The notes: generated by a model from the letters alone, not told the origin. Shown: positions 45,570-55,926, counted from the stretch's first letter. The stretch is 64,000 nt of DNA from an archaeon (GCA_043803745.1 JAZDJS010000048.1:10714-74713); one strand, 5' to 3'. Numbers and translations: made by a program.

Positions 45570-47594
45570 ATGAAAGTGAAACATTTTGGCGCGCTTTTGA
45601 TTGCCTGCCTTGCCTTGCTTCTTTCGGGCTGCACGATTGGACCCGACCCGGACGGGGGCGGGATTTCCTTTCTCCTGACTCTCCAGGACCCCGTTGCAAC
45701 GCTTGGAAGCGGGGAAGTCTTCACTCTCAAGGGCCTTGGCGCGAACTCCTCGAATCTTTACGCAACAATAAAATCGGACGGAGCAACGAATTCGTATTCA
45801 TTTTCATGCATGAACTCGTCCGAAACAGTTGGCCTTCTGAAGGTTTCGGTCAGGAACTGCACAAGGGTTTCCGAAACGAACGGGTATGCAGTCGTTTCCC
45901 TTTTCAAGCTTGAAAAAACTGAATCGGCTCCCGATGAAGCAACTCCGGCCACGATAGACCCGTTCACGACCATACTGACGACGGCCCCGGGTCCGGTTCC
46001 TCCAACTCAACCCGAAGAATTTCCCGGCCAGGAAACCCCTGAAACTATAGACACCCTTCCGACATCTTCGATAGCAATGACGACGGCCCCGGGTGCGGCC
46101 CCGGGTGCGGCTCCGCCGGCCCCGGAAACTGTCAGAAGCAACTGCAATTCCGACCCGGAATTCGAAAGGATTTGCTCGAACGTTGGAATGTCAACCGAGG
46201 GTTTCTCGGAAAACCGGACGCTTCACTGCACGGAGGGCTATTCCTGCTGGTTCAGGAAACGGGAAGTTGTCCCGGGTGTGAATGAGACTGAAAGCGAGAC
46301 GCGGGTCACTACGGTCACGATAGACACTTCTTCCTCAACGACAATAACGACGACGGCTCCCGGTGCGGTTCCCGCTGTTGTTATTCAGAATGCGCCAAGT
46401 TGCGTTTCCGATTATGAATACTACCGGGCTTGCTCGTACCGGAATTCCACCAACCGGAGCCTGATAAACCTGTCGGGGGAAATCGGTCTGCCGGCTGCAT
46501 TCAACCTGTCTGCAATGGTCTTTCTAAGCAACGATTCAATCGGGTGCGAAGGCGATAACCGGGTTTGCTGGACCTACAAGCTCGGCACGTTCAATTTGAG
46601 CATAGCGGCTAAGCGAGGAGGCCTGACAGGTGAATGCATTGAAAACATTTCTTTCAAGGTCTGGAACGAAACCTGGTCTGAAGAAGGGTTCCTGCCGGAG
46701 TCGTACGTTATTGTCGGAAAAGCGCGGGTACATGAGCTCAAGCGCATATATTTCAGAAATCTTGCCCCGGGAACTTACAGCTATTCGATAAGGGCTCCCG
46801 GTTATCCCGAGGCCTATTCGAACATCACCAGCAAAGCTTCTCCCTACAACCGGGACCGTTCAATCGTCTGGATTATGGAACCTCTTGAGCTGAAGACCGT
46901 TCCAGTCACCTTCCACTTCACAGCGAAACAATGGTATGAATTCGGCGCGCGTTACTGGGACCTTGACAACGGCGAGATTGTCCTTGTCAACGAAACAAGG
47001 GGGCTCCGCTATTCCGAGAAAACGAACTCAACGGGATATGTCGTGCTTGAACTGATTCCCGCGAAATACGACCTCACTGCAACCTGGAGGAACGCAACAA
47101 TGAACGGAAAAATTAACGATATCCCGTTGAGTTCGAACGGAACAAATCCCCGTAGTTTCCAGTTCGATCTCAGCACTGCGCTAGTCTGCGGGCCGGGACT
47201 GAATCCGGTGTTAGTAGAGGGCTGCTTCAGGGAAAACATGAGCCTGCAGGGATACCTCCCTTCGACTTTGAAATGCGCGGAGGGCTATTCCTGTTTCTTT
47301 CGGTATAAGACCTGTGAAGAGTATTCCGACGGAATGCAGGACTTTGTGTGCTCGGGGGAAAACCTGACCGGCCAAGGATACGCACTGAAGGACAAGTGGT
47401 CTACCTACAGGGATAAAGGGGTCTGCCCGGAAGGGCAATCCTGCTGGAGAATATATCATCCCTGCGAGACATTCAACAACTCCAGAGCTGACTACCGCTG
47501 TTCCGCCGAGAACTTTACAAGCCAGGGATACCAGAACCTGAGCGCATTCCCCTGCCCGACCGGACAGATATGCTGGAGAAAGTTTTCGAGGTGA
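45570..47594 (+). CDS. Large secreted lipoprotein with Cys-rich repeats and Thr/Pro linkers
   Basis: LLLSGC lipobox; repeated C..EN....GY...C.EG.SCW modules; many N-x-S/T sequons. Confidence 0.8.
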   Translation: MKVKHFGALLIACLALLLSGCTIGPDPDGGGISFLLTLQDPVATLGSGEVFTLKGLGANSSNLYATIKSDGATNSYSFSCMNSSETVGLLKVSVRNCTRVSETNGYAVVSLFKLEKTESAPDEATPATIDPFTTILTTAPGPVPPTQPEEFPGQETPETIDTLPTSSIAMTTAPGAAPGAAPPAPETVRSNCNSDPEFERICSNVGMSTEGFSENRTLHCTEGYSCWFRKREVVPGVNETESETRVTTVTIDTSSSTTITTTAPGAVPAVVIQNAPSCVSDYEYYRACSYRNSTNRSLINLSGEIGLPAAFNLSAMVFLSNDSIGCEGDNRVCWTYKLGTFNLSIAAKRGGLTGECIENISFKVWNETWSEEGFLPESYVIVGKARVHELKRIYFRNLAPGTYSYSIRAPGYPEAYSNITSKASPYNRDRSIVWIMEPLELKTVPVTFHFTAKQWYEFGARYWDLDNGEIVLVNETRGLRYSEKTNSTGYVVLELIPAKYDLTATWRNATMNGKINDIPLSSNGTNPRSFQFDLSTALVCGPGLNPVLVEGCFRENMSLQGYLPSTLKCAEGYSCFFRYKTCEEYSDGMQDFVCSGENLTGQGYALKDKWSTYRDKGVCPEGQSCWRIYHPCETFNNSRADYRCSAENFTSQGYQNLSAFPCPTGQICWRKFSR

Positions 47595-47618
47595 GTTTTT
47601 TCTTCTTCTTCTTCTTGC

Positions 47619-47876
47619 CGGACGGCTTAAGTCCGCTTTCCCACACAGTCCCAGTGCCGGGCTAGTCAAATCTGGTGTCGGCACGGGTCCGGCTTTTTCC
47701 GGACAATTTTCAGGAAAAATTGGCGGCCTATTCCCTTTGGGTTTCACATTCTCGAGGTCGGGTAATTCCAGAATATTATCGCCGACCTTGATCCGGATTT
47801 TTCCGGACAAATATCCGCCATGCGTTTGGCGGACGGCCTCAGGCCCGCTTTCCCACACATTCCAATTTTCAGGAAA
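47619..47876. repeat. Interleaved direct repeats in a non-coding region
   Basis: CCGCTTTCCCACACA at 47633/47845; TCCGG(C/A)TTTTTCCGGACAA at 47688/47792; CAATTTTCAGGAAA at 47704/47863. Confidence 0.8.
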
Positions 47877-48089
47877 GCGAGCTTTTCGGCCTGTGTCCCG
47901 TCACACTAACGCTCCCCGATCCTCCTAACGTGATTAACGATACACTCTGTCCTGGGGAGTATCCCTCGTTGCGGGAGGGATTCCCGACAGGCCGGCTTAA
48001 AAACAGTTTCCCCTCGGGGTTCCCTCGGGGTTCCCTCGGGGTTCCCCTGCCTCCTGGTTTTACCGGGCGTTATCTCAGTTTTTCCTCTT

Positions 48090-48276
48090 GAACTACCGCG
48101 GGCTAAAAAAGCCCGCGGATTTCGATGCTGCAGCATTGATCAAGTAACTCTTGACTCGGTAATAGGCGGGCTAATTCGCCCGCAATCATAGTGTGAAATC
48201 TGGAGCGCGCGTCATCCTCAGATGATCCAGCATCGGCTGGATATTTCCGCCCTCAAAGGGCAGAGTTTTGCGCGCG
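48090..48276. mobile_element. Putative non-autonomous IS200/IS605-derived palindromic element (PATE-like)
   Basis: AACTA-CCGCGGGCT-AAAAA-AGCCCGCGG at the left end and TCCGCCCTCAAAGGGCAGAG at the right end; internal hairpins; no transposase. Confidence 0.4.
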
Positions 48277-48317
48277 AAAGAATAAAAGTTAAATAGTGAC
48301 CTTATTTCCATGGCAGA

Positions 48318-48683
48318 ATGGCAACATTACAGCAAGAACAGGTTCGCACAGGTCAAGGTGGGAACTCCGGAAGTTCCCAGGGTCCCCCCTCGGGGAACGG
48401 CACGGAAGCTCTTGAGATAAACGAATTCATGCTCAAGATGATTGAGGTCCTTAACAAAAGGTTCGGGGCGGTCAATCACCAGCTCAACGAGATTTCCGCA
48501 AAATCCGCGGGAAAGGTTGAGCTGGCAGAAAAGCTTGCTGAGCTTAGGGCGAAACACGACAGGGAAAAGGAGGATTTGCTCGCAAGGATTACGCTCCTTG
48601 ACAACGAGCTTGTCGCGCTGAAAAACTCCCTCAAGCCCCCCGAGCCGAAAGTCAACAAGAACATCCTCAAGCACCTGGAGTGA
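48318..48683 (+). CDS. Coiled-coil hypothetical protein
   Basis: Heptad pattern; TATA-like AAAAGTTAAATAG upstream. Confidence 0.7.
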   Translation: MATLQQEQVRTGQGGNSGSSQGPPSGNGTEALEINEFMLKMIEVLNKRFGAVNHQLNEISAKSAGKVELAEKLAELRAKHDREKEDLLARITLLDNELVALKNSLKPPEPKVNKNILKHLE

Positions 48684-49093
48684 CTCGCGTGTCCTTCTCG
48701 GAAGTTTCGGCAATCCTTGTCAAGCTTTCCGAGGTAGTATCCCGACAGAGCGAGGAAATAGAACTTATCCGCGCCGACCTCCACATCCTTGCCAACAGCA
48801 GCTCGACAAATGTCGCAAAGCTGAGGGAACGCATTGACCGGGCTGAGAAGGCGATTACTGAAGAGCATCCGAAGGTTGTTTCCGAACGGTTCGAGAGCAT
48901 CGAGGGCAAACTTGAGGAAATGTTTCACAGGTTCAACCAGACCGGTTCGCGCCTCTCGGAAATCTCAAGAAGGCTTGAGGAACTGAAGGAAAGGGAATCT
49001 TCCGAGGAAAAGTACGGAGAAGCAACGAGGAAGCTTGCCGGAGTCGGGCGGCTCATCAATCCCTCGATACTTTCCTATCTTGAACGGCCCTGA
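48680..49093 (+). CDS. Coiled-coil hypothetical protein
   Basis: Heptad pattern; GTGA overlap with the previous gene. Confidence 0.7.
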   Translation: MTRVSFSEVSAILVKLSEVVSRQSEEIELIRADLHILANSSSTNVAKLRERIDRAEKAITEEHPKVVSERFESIEGKLEEMFHRFNQTGSRLSEISRRLEELKERESSEEKYGEATRKLAGVGRLINPSILSYLERP

Positions 49094-49137
49094 CAGTGAA
49101 AAAGTTATTTAAGTAACGTAGCGGGAGTAATAATGAA

Positions 49138-50895
49138 ATGAAAGGACCTGGACCATTGGATAGTCCTGTAATATCAATTGACGATTTTCTCCGGAAGATG
49201 CAATGCGACCCTCGCCAGGACAAGGGCATTTACCTGCCGGGGGGAAAGCACCCGCACCCTGAGTTGGGAAAAGGTGGCGGAGGCGGATATTGGGGACGCT
49301 GGGCAATGTGGAACGACGCGCCCTGGCAGCCCCATTGCTTGGTTTTCGGGGCAACGCTTCCGGAGCCGATATACTACAATATTGTCGATTTCATGTGCGG
49401 AACTACCGGCCTCTGGTGGGATTACACGAAAATCCGGGAAGGCATTGCAGCATCCCCGACAAGCAGGCTCCAGGGGGAAATCCTCGGGCGCCAGTCCTTC
49501 CAGAGGAAGGATGCGAAGGAAATGCTTGCAACGGTCCAGACAATGAAGACGGTCATACTCAACCTCGAAAGCGATCTTGAGAAAATCCGCGAGCAGCGGG
49601 AGGCATTCACCAACAAGAACCCCGAGCAAATCAAGGGGCTTTTCGTCGATAACTTCGGCGGGCCCTCAAGGAGCTGGTCCGCCCTCGCGCACCAGGTCCC
49701 GATAGTGAAGAGCGCGCTGACCTGGTTCTACAGGATGGAGGAAAAATCTCCCGACGCCCTGAAGATGAAGAAGAAGGACAAGGAATCGGACGCGGAATTC
49801 CAGGCGCGCTGGACGAAGGAATGCCAGTCCGACATGGAAAAACAGGCGGATATTTTCGTCAAGTCCGAGGAGCTCAATCCGGCCGTCGCGAACTATCTCA
49901 AGCGGAAAATCCAGGAATACTGGACCTGGCGGAACAGCTATCAGGCTTTCATCAGCAAGACCTACAATTCGGTAATCCACAACATCCGCCAGCAGAGGGT
50001 GAACCTGCAGCTTTACATGAAATGGGCCCAGCGGAACATCCAGGAAGCCGAGAACATGCTGATTCCGTTCAACGAGGTTGACCAGATATACGGGATGTTC
50101 GCGGAGGAATTCCCGCAGTTCGCGCCCCTGATGTACACCGTGACGGACATGTTCTACGACCCGGAGGGAAAATGGCCTATTGTCACGGACAGGATGAGGC
50201 CCTGGCTACCCTGCATCGCAATCCAGCTCTTGATGAGCTACAATCCCGACCTTCAGGGGAACAAATTCGTCAGGGGCTTCTCAGTGATGAGCTACGGCGT
50301 GATTAAGAAGAAGGACAAGGACGACCTTAAGAAAGAGCTTGCCAGGGAAAGCTCCAACTTCGTCGAGATAATGCGGACCGCCGGGGGGTTCAAGGAAGAC
50401 GACCTCAAAAGCCTCGGACTCACCGAAACTGCCGAGGAGAAGGATATCGGGGAATACGAGAAGACAAAAGGTGAACTCGACGAACTTTCGACCCTGTCGC
50501 CCGAGGATACGGCTCAAGGATATTCCGTCGAGGGGGCGAACAAGGAAAAAATGAAGGCGCTTACGAAGAAGCTCTCGGAACTCGGGCAGAAGATAGGCGT
50601 TGAGGAAGTCGCTGACAAGGGCAAGACCCCTGAGGAAGCCGGCAAGTCGATAATGAAGGAGATGGAATCCTGGTTCAAGCCGTTGAAAACGAATGATACG
50701 CAGCTCTACAGCCAGATGTGGAACTGGCGTGAGGCGTTCTTGGCGGGCATAAAGCCGATGCTGGGGTTTTTCGGGAACGAGACCGACAAGGTCTTCGACA
50801 CGAGGAAAAGGCGCGCATCCTGGTTCGCATACAACACGTTCTTCAAGGTCTACCACGGGCTCAAGGCGAGCTACGGCTGGCTTGATTACGTTTAA
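49138..50895 (+). CDS. Conserved-looking helical protein of unknown function
   Basis: 585 aa; EPIYY.I.DFM...ASPTS...Q...YMKW motifs recall an uncharacterised DPANN family (from memory, not searched). Confidence 0.8.
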   Translation: MKGPGPLDSPVISIDDFLRKMQCDPRQDKGIYLPGGKHPHPELGKGGGGGYWGRWAMWNDAPWQPHCLVFGATLPEPIYYNIVDFMCGTTGLWWDYTKIREGIAASPTSRLQGEILGRQSFQRKDAKEMLATVQTMKTVILNLESDLEKIREQREAFTNKNPEQIKGLFVDNFGGPSRSWSALAHQVPIVKSALTWFYRMEEKSPDALKMKKKDKESDAEFQARWTKECQSDMEKQADIFVKSEELNPAVANYLKRKIQEYWTWRNSYQAFISKTYNSVIHNIRQQRVNLQLYMKWAQRNIQEAENMLIPFNEVDQIYGMFAEEFPQFAPLMYTVTDMFYDPEGKWPIVTDRMRPWLPCIAIQLLMSYNPDLQGNKFVRGFSVMSYGVIKKKDKDDLKKELARESSNFVEIMRTAGGFKEDDLKSLGLTETAEEKDIGEYEKTKGELDELSTLSPEDTAQGYSVEGANKEKMKALTKKLSELGQKIGVEEVADKGKTPEEAGKSIMKEMESWFKPLKTNDTQLYSQMWNWREAFLAGIKPMLGFFGNETDKVFDTRKRRASWFAYNTFFKVYHGLKASYGWLDYV

Positions 50896-50899
50896 GTTT

Positions 50900-51184
50900 T
50901 CAGCGGGGCCAGCAGGAAAAGAGCCTCTTGAGCTTTTCGGTCGGAACGTATTCTATTGAAACGGGCTTCCCTCCGGAAACCCTGCGGGACACGAGCCCCT
51001 TCTTCTCAAGCTCGGCAAGCCTCCTCGAGAGTATCGACGGATTTATTCCCTTCAAATTCCGCTTGAGGCCGTTGAACTTTGTCGTTCCCGAATGGATCTC
51101 CTTGATGATCGCAAGGGCCCACTTCTTCTCGAAAATCGAAAGGACCTCGAAGACCGGGCACTCGTGGCCATGCCTCTTCATCAT
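50900..51184 (-). CDS. HxlR/HypR-family winged-helix regulator
   Basis: CPV...KKW.L.II...FN.LKR.L.GI...LS.RL.ELE..GLV.R; true start ATG 51184. Confidence 0.9.
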   Translation of the reverse strand: MMKRHGHECPVFEVLSIFEKKWALAIIKEIHSGTTKFNGLKRNLKGINPSILSRRLAELEKKGLVSRRVSGGKPVSIEYVPTEKLKRLFSCWPR

Positions 51185-51275
51185 CCCGTGATAGTCCGGC
51201 AGCCCTTTAAAAATGATGCGCTGCAATAAACAATAAAAACCCGGTATAGAATAAGTACTTGATTCAAATAAGGAA

Positions 51276-52040
51276 ATGAAGGCAAAGGGGAAAAGACTCC
51301 TCGAGGTGCGGGGGTTGAGGGCTTCTGTCGGCGGCAAGGCCATTCTGAGGGGGGTTGACCTCTCCGTCGGGGAGGGGGAAATACACCTAGTGATGGGTCC
51401 GAACGGGAGCGGAAAAAGCACCCTTGCGCACGTCATCATGGGCGACCCGAAATATTCGGTTACCCGCGGGAAACTCCTCCTTGGAGGCAAGGACATCTCT
51501 TCCCTTGAGACTGATGCCCGCGCGCGGGAGGGGCTTTTCCTTGCGCTCCAGCACCCGACCGAGATTTCCGGCGTGACCCTTTTCAGCTTCCTCAGGGCGG
51601 CCGTAAACTCCCGGAGAACGAAAAAGGAGCCGGTTTCGCTTGCCGAATTCAGGGGGAAGGTTGAAACCGCCTGCCGGACCCTTGGGATTGACGGGTCCTT
51701 CCTTGAAAGGGAGCTTAACGCGGGTTTCTCGGGCGGGGAGAAGAAGCGCGCGGAAGTCCTCCAGGCGCTGGTTCTCGAGCCGAAGCTTGCGGTTTTCGAC
51801 GAGACCGATTCGGGCCTTGACCTTGACTCGCTGAAAACGGTTGCGACGACAATTGAGAAAATGCGCTCACCCAAATTCTCGGCAATAGTCATCACCCACA
51901 ATCCGCGTGTCCTGAAATACATAAGGCCGGACAAGGTGCACGTTCTTTCCAGAGGCGTCGTAGTCAGGACCGGGGGGAAGGAGGTTGCGAAGCTCCTTGA
52001 GAAGGGGGGCTATTCCTTCCTCCGGGAGAAGGAAGGTTGA
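51276..52040 (+). CDS. sufC: Fe-S cluster assembly ATPase SufC
   Basis: [26 protein letters not shown]. Confidence 0.96.
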   Translation: MKAKGKRLLEVRGLRASVGGKAILRGVDLSVGEGEIHLVMGPNGSGKSTLAHVIMGDPKYSVTRGKLLLGGKDISSLETDARAREGLFLALQHPTEISGVTLFSFLRAAVNSRRTKKEPVSLAEFRGKVETACRTLGIDGSFLERELNAGFSGGEKKRAEVLQALVLEPKLAVFDETDSGLDLDSLKTVATTIEKMRSPKFSAIVITHNPRVLKYIRPDKVHVLSRGVVVRTGGKEVAKLLEKGGYSFLREKEG

Positions 52041-52041
52041 A

Positions 52042-53454
52042 TTGGCGCTTCCCGGAAGAATTGCGAAAATAGGGCGGGACTACCGAGAACGGTACGGATT
52101 CCATGTGCGGGAACGCTCTGTTTTCAGGACCGACAAGGGAATTTCCGAGGGGGTTGTCAGGGAGATTTCTAGGATGAAAAACGAGCCCGACTGGATGCTT
52201 CAGCTGAGGCTTTCCGCCCTTGAAATTTTCCAGAAAAAGAGAATGCCGACCTGGGGGGCGGACCTCTCGGAAATTGATTTCGGGAGGCTCACATACTACA
52301 TCAGGCCCCAGGACAAGAAAACGGGGAAATGGGCGGACCTTCCCGAGGAGATACGGACGACTTTCGACAGGCTGGGCGTCCCCGGAGCCGAGAAAAAATT
52401 CCTGGGCGGTGTCGGCGCGCAATATGAAAGCGAGGTCGTCTACCACAGCCTCCGGCGCGAACTTTCCCGCAAGGGGATAATTTTCCTTGACATGGATTCG
52501 GGCCTGAGGGAACATCCGGAGCTCGTCAGGAAATATTTCGGGAAGATTGTCCCGGCGGCTGACAACAAGTTCTCCGCGCTGAACACTGCGGCATGGTCCG
52601 GAGGGACTTTCCTTTATGTCCCGAAGGGCGTCAAGGTGAAAATCCCCCTCCAGGCATATTTCAGGATGAACGCGAAGAACATCGGCCAGTTCGAACGCAC
52701 CCTGATTGTCGCTGACGAGGGCGCGGAGGTCCACTACGTGGAAGGCTGCACGGCGCCAATCTACTCTACCGATTCCCTGCACGCGGCGGTCGTCGAGCTC
52801 GTCGCAATGAAGGGCTCCAAGATTCGTTACACGACAATCCAGAACTGGTCGAACAACGTTTACAACCTGGTCACCAAGCGCGCTCATGCACACGAGGGCG
52901 CAAAAGTCGAATGGGTTGACGGGAACATCGGAAGCAAGATTACGATGAAATATCCTTCGGTCTTCCTCCTCGGGCCGCGCGCGCGCGCGGACATACTCTC
53001 AATAGCGTTCGCAGGAAGGGGCCAGCACCAGGATGCCGGGGGGAAGGTTCTCCATCTTGCCCCGGACACGGCTTCGACAATAGTTTCCAAGTCGATTTCC
53101 CATTCGGGGGGGCGCACATCATATCGGGGAAAGCTCTTTGTCCAGAAGGGCTCGACCGGCGTCAAGAGTTCAATGCGCTGTGACGCGCTGATAATCGACG
53201 GCAGGAGCAGGAGCGACACGTACCCGGACATTGTCGTAAAAGAGCGGGACGCGACAATCGGGCACGAGGCAACTGTCGGCAAAATCGGGGACGAGCAGAT
53301 TTTCTACCTGATGAGCAGGGGGATTCCCCACGATGAGGCGGTCTCCCTGATTGTGATGGGCTTCATCGAGGGATTCACAAAGGAGCTCCCGATGGAATAT
53401 GCTGTCGAGCTTAACCGGCTCGTAAGGCTTGAGATGGGGGGCTCGGTTGGCTGA
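52042..53454 (+). CDS. sufB: Fe-S cluster assembly protein SufB
   Basis: [41 protein letters not shown]; start approximate. Confidence 0.97.
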   Translation: MALPGRIAKIGRDYRERYGFHVRERSVFRTDKGISEGVVREISRMKNEPDWMLQLRLSALEIFQKKRMPTWGADLSEIDFGRLTYYIRPQDKKTGKWADLPEEIRTTFDRLGVPGAEKKFLGGVGAQYESEVVYHSLRRELSRKGIIFLDMDSGLREHPELVRKYFGKIVPAADNKFSALNTAAWSGGTFLYVPKGVKVKIPLQAYFRMNAKNIGQFERTLIVADEGAEVHYVEGCTAPIYSTDSLHAAVVELVAMKGSKIRYTTIQNWSNNVYNLVTKRAHAHEGAKVEWVDGNIGSKITMKYPSVFLLGPRARADILSIAFAGRGQHQDAGGKVLHLAPDTASTIVSKSISHSGGRTSYRGKLFVQKGSTGVKSSMRCDALIIDGRSRSDTYPDIVVKERDATIGHEATVGKIGDEQIFYLMSRGIPHDEAVSLIVMGFIEGFTKELPMEYAVELNRLVRLEMGGSVG

Positions 53455-53455
53455 A

Positions 53456-54280
53456 ATGGGGGAATTGACCGTCCGGGTAAATGCCGGCGAACATCTTGAA
53501 AGGGAAATCGACGTTCCCGCGAATTCGGATTTCAGGCTCTTCCTCGAAAAGGGCGCTTCTGCAAGACTTGTCGCGAAATTCTTCGGCGAGAGCGGAAAGA
53601 CGACCCAGAGAATAGAGCTCGCCCCGGGTTCCCAGCTTGCCCTGTGCGAAATCAAGAAGAGCGAGGCGGGCGGAGAATTCTCCTCCGAAATAACGATTGC
53701 AAAGGGCGCGAAATTCCTCGGGCTGAATTCGGTTGTCTCGGGGGGGCGCGTCGGTGAGAAAAGGGAAATATTCCTTGCGGGAAAGGGGGCTTCCGCCGAC
53801 TATTCGGAAATCTTCTGGGAGAATGGGGAGGAGCGCCTTGAAAGCAACCTCCTGATTGTCCACAGCGAGCGGGATACGTCGGCAACGGCGCATTCAAGGG
53901 GGCTTGTTTCGGGCGGGGGGTCTGCGCGCGCCAGGGGCCTTGTCCGGATTGAGAAACGGGCCCAGAAAGCGAACTCGTTCCTTTCCCAGCACGCAATGCT
54001 CCTTGACAGCGAATCCCGGAATGATTCCCTGCCCTTCCTCGAAATAGAGGCAAATGATGTGAAGGCGCGCCACTCCGCCGCGGCGGGACCGATTGATCCG
54101 GAGCAGGTTTTCTATCTCCAGAGCAGGGGGCTTTCCCGTGAGGAGGCTATCAGGACAATTGCGCTCGGGTTCCTCCTGGGAAAACTGCCGGGCTTTGAAA
54201 GCATTCCCGGGGATGATAGTGCGCTCAGTTCAATTGAACGGCTTTTCGGGGAAAAATGGAGGAGGTCAATCGAGAAATGA
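53456..54280 (+). CDS. sufD: SufD-like protein
   Basis: PFLEIEANDVKARH, FYLQSRG. Confidence 0.9.
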   Translation: MGELTVRVNAGEHLEREIDVPANSDFRLFLEKGASARLVAKFFGESGKTTQRIELAPGSQLALCEIKKSEAGGEFSSEITIAKGAKFLGLNSVVSGGRVGEKREIFLAGKGASADYSEIFWENGEERLESNLLIVHSERDTSATAHSRGLVSGGGSARARGLVRIEKRAQKANSFLSQHAMLLDSESRNDSLPFLEIEANDVKARHSAAAGPIDPEQVFYLQSRGLSREEAIRTIALGFLLGKLPGFESIPGDDSALSSIERLFGEKWRRSIEK

Positions 54281-55491
54281 TGTCTTTTTCGAAACTCCGG
54301 GACGATTTTCCGATACTTTCCCGGAAGGTGAACGGGCATGCGCTTGCATACCTTGACAATGCCGCAACGGCCCAAAAGCCGCGCGCGGTAGTAGAAAGAA
54401 TGTCGAGGTTCTGGAATGAAACCAACTCGAACGTCCACCGGGGAATGCACGCGCTGAGCGCAAGGGCAACCGATGAATATGAAGGGGCCCGCGAGAAGAT
54501 TGCAAGGTTCATCGGGGCGAAAAGCCCCCGGGAAATAATCTTCACGAAGAACGCGACGGAGGGCCTCAACCTCCTCGCAAGGACCCTGCCGAAAATCTCG
54601 GGCAAGGGGCGGGTTGTCCTGACCGAGATGGAGCACCACAGCAACCTTGTCCCGTGGCAGGAGAACTGCGGACGGCGGCTCGGCTTCGTTCCGTTCGACA
54701 GGAAGACGGGCAAGCTCTGCTGGCGGGAATTTGATTTTTCCGGAACGGCAATCGCGTCAATCACGCACGAATCGAACTATCTCGGGACAATAAATCCGGT
54801 CAGGAAGATCTCTCGGGCGCTTCCCGAACGCGCGTTCCTCGCTGTTGACGGCGCCCAGAGCGTCCCGAATTTCCAGGTTGACGTGGGTCGTCTTGGCGCG
54901 GACTTTCTCGTTTTCTCGGGGCACAAGATGTGCGGACCCACGGGAATAGGTGTTCTCTGGGGACGCGAGGAGCTGCTCGAACGGTTGCCCCCGTTCCTCT
55001 ATGGCGGAGAAATGATTTCGACGGTAAGCCTGCGGTCGGCAGAGTGGAATTCCCTTCCATGGAAGTTCGAGGCGGGGACCCCCCCGATTGCGGAGGCAAT
55101 CGGGCTTGGCGCTGCCGTCAACTATCTGCGGAAAATCGGGCTCGGAAGGATACGCAAGCACGGGGCGCGGTTGACCGGGGCAGCAATCAGGCGGATTTCG
55201 GAAATCGGAGGGGCGCGGATATTCGGGCCGGGAAAAATTTCCGAGAGGGGCGGGCTTGTTTCGTTTGAACTTCCAGGAATACATCCGCACGACATCGCGG
55301 GAATCCTTGACAAGAACGGAATCGCAATAAGGGCGGGGCACCACTGCGCCGAGCCGATCTCGAAAAAGCTCGGGGTTCCGGGAGCTGCCAGGGCAAGCTT
55401 CTATTTCTACAACACGCTTGAGGAAGTCGAGAGGCTCGGCTCGGCTCTTGAGCGAGTCCTCAAGGTTTTCAAGGGAAGGCGGAACTGGTGA
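54277..55491 (+). CDS. sufS: Cysteine desulfurase SufS
   Basis: YLDNAATAQKP, MEHHSN, SGHKMCGPTGIG, RAGHHCA. Confidence 0.97.
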   Translation: MMSFSKLRDDFPILSRKVNGHALAYLDNAATAQKPRAVVERMSRFWNETNSNVHRGMHALSARATDEYEGAREKIARFIGAKSPREIIFTKNATEGLNLLARTLPKISGKGRVVLTEMEHHSNLVPWQENCGRRLGFVPFDRKTGKLCWREFDFSGTAIASITHESNYLGTINPVRKISRALPERAFLAVDGAQSVPNFQVDVGRLGADFLVFSGHKMCGPTGIGVLWGREELLERLPPFLYGGEMISTVSLRSAEWNSLPWKFEAGTPPIAEAIGLGAAVNYLRKIGLGRIRKHGARLTGAAIRRISEIGGARIFGPGKISERGGLVSFELPGIHPHDIAGILDKNGIAIRAGHHCAEPISKKLGVPGAARASFYFYNTLEEVERLGSALERVLKVFKGRRNW

Positions 55492-55896
55492 ATGGACGAA
55501 TATTCCGAGGAAATTCTCGACCATTACCTTCGGCCAAGGAAACGGGGCAGGATTGCAGGCGCATCGGCAAAGGCAACTCTTGCAAACCCGGTCTGCGGGG
55601 ACCGGATAAGCGTCCAGCTGAAAATTTCCGGAGGGAAGATAGAGAAGGCTGCCTTCGAGGGGACCGGCTGCGCAATAAGCACCGCAGCAGCCTCGATGTT
55701 TATGGAGGAAATCGAGGGCAAGAGCGTTTCCACAGTGAGAAAGTTCGGCAGGCCGGAGATAATGCGGCTTCTGAAAGTAGGCCTAACCCCCGCGAGGGAG
55801 CATTGCGCGCTCATTTCCCTTGAAGCGGTCCAGAAAGCCCTCGGCGAGTTCGGGCTGAGGGCGGAGAACAGGGGAAGAAACCGAAGAAAAGCGTAA
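55492..55896 (+). CDS. sufU: SufU/IscU-type scaffold
   Basis: ILDHY..P, NPVCGD, GCAIS, R..CA. Confidence 0.93.
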   Translation: MDEYSEEILDHYLRPRKRGRIAGASAKATLANPVCGDRISVQLKISGGKIEKAAFEGTGCAISTAAASMFMEEIEGKSVSTVRKFGRPEIMRLLKVGLTPAREHCALISLEAVQKALGEFGLRAENRGRNRRKA

Positions 55897-55926
55897 AAAG
55901 AGGGCTTGAAAGGGGAACTGCACGAA

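Noticed and set aside
47965-47975. CCCGCAACGAG on the minus strand, identical to a 16S rRNA motif
   Set aside because: Only 11 nt with no flanking rRNA similarity.
47619-48046. CRISPR array
   Set aside because: Only two copies of each repeat, irregular spacing, no cas genes.
51185-51934. Apparent 344-aa HxlR fusion protein
   Set aside because: The extension is antisense to sufC; the regulator starts at 51184.
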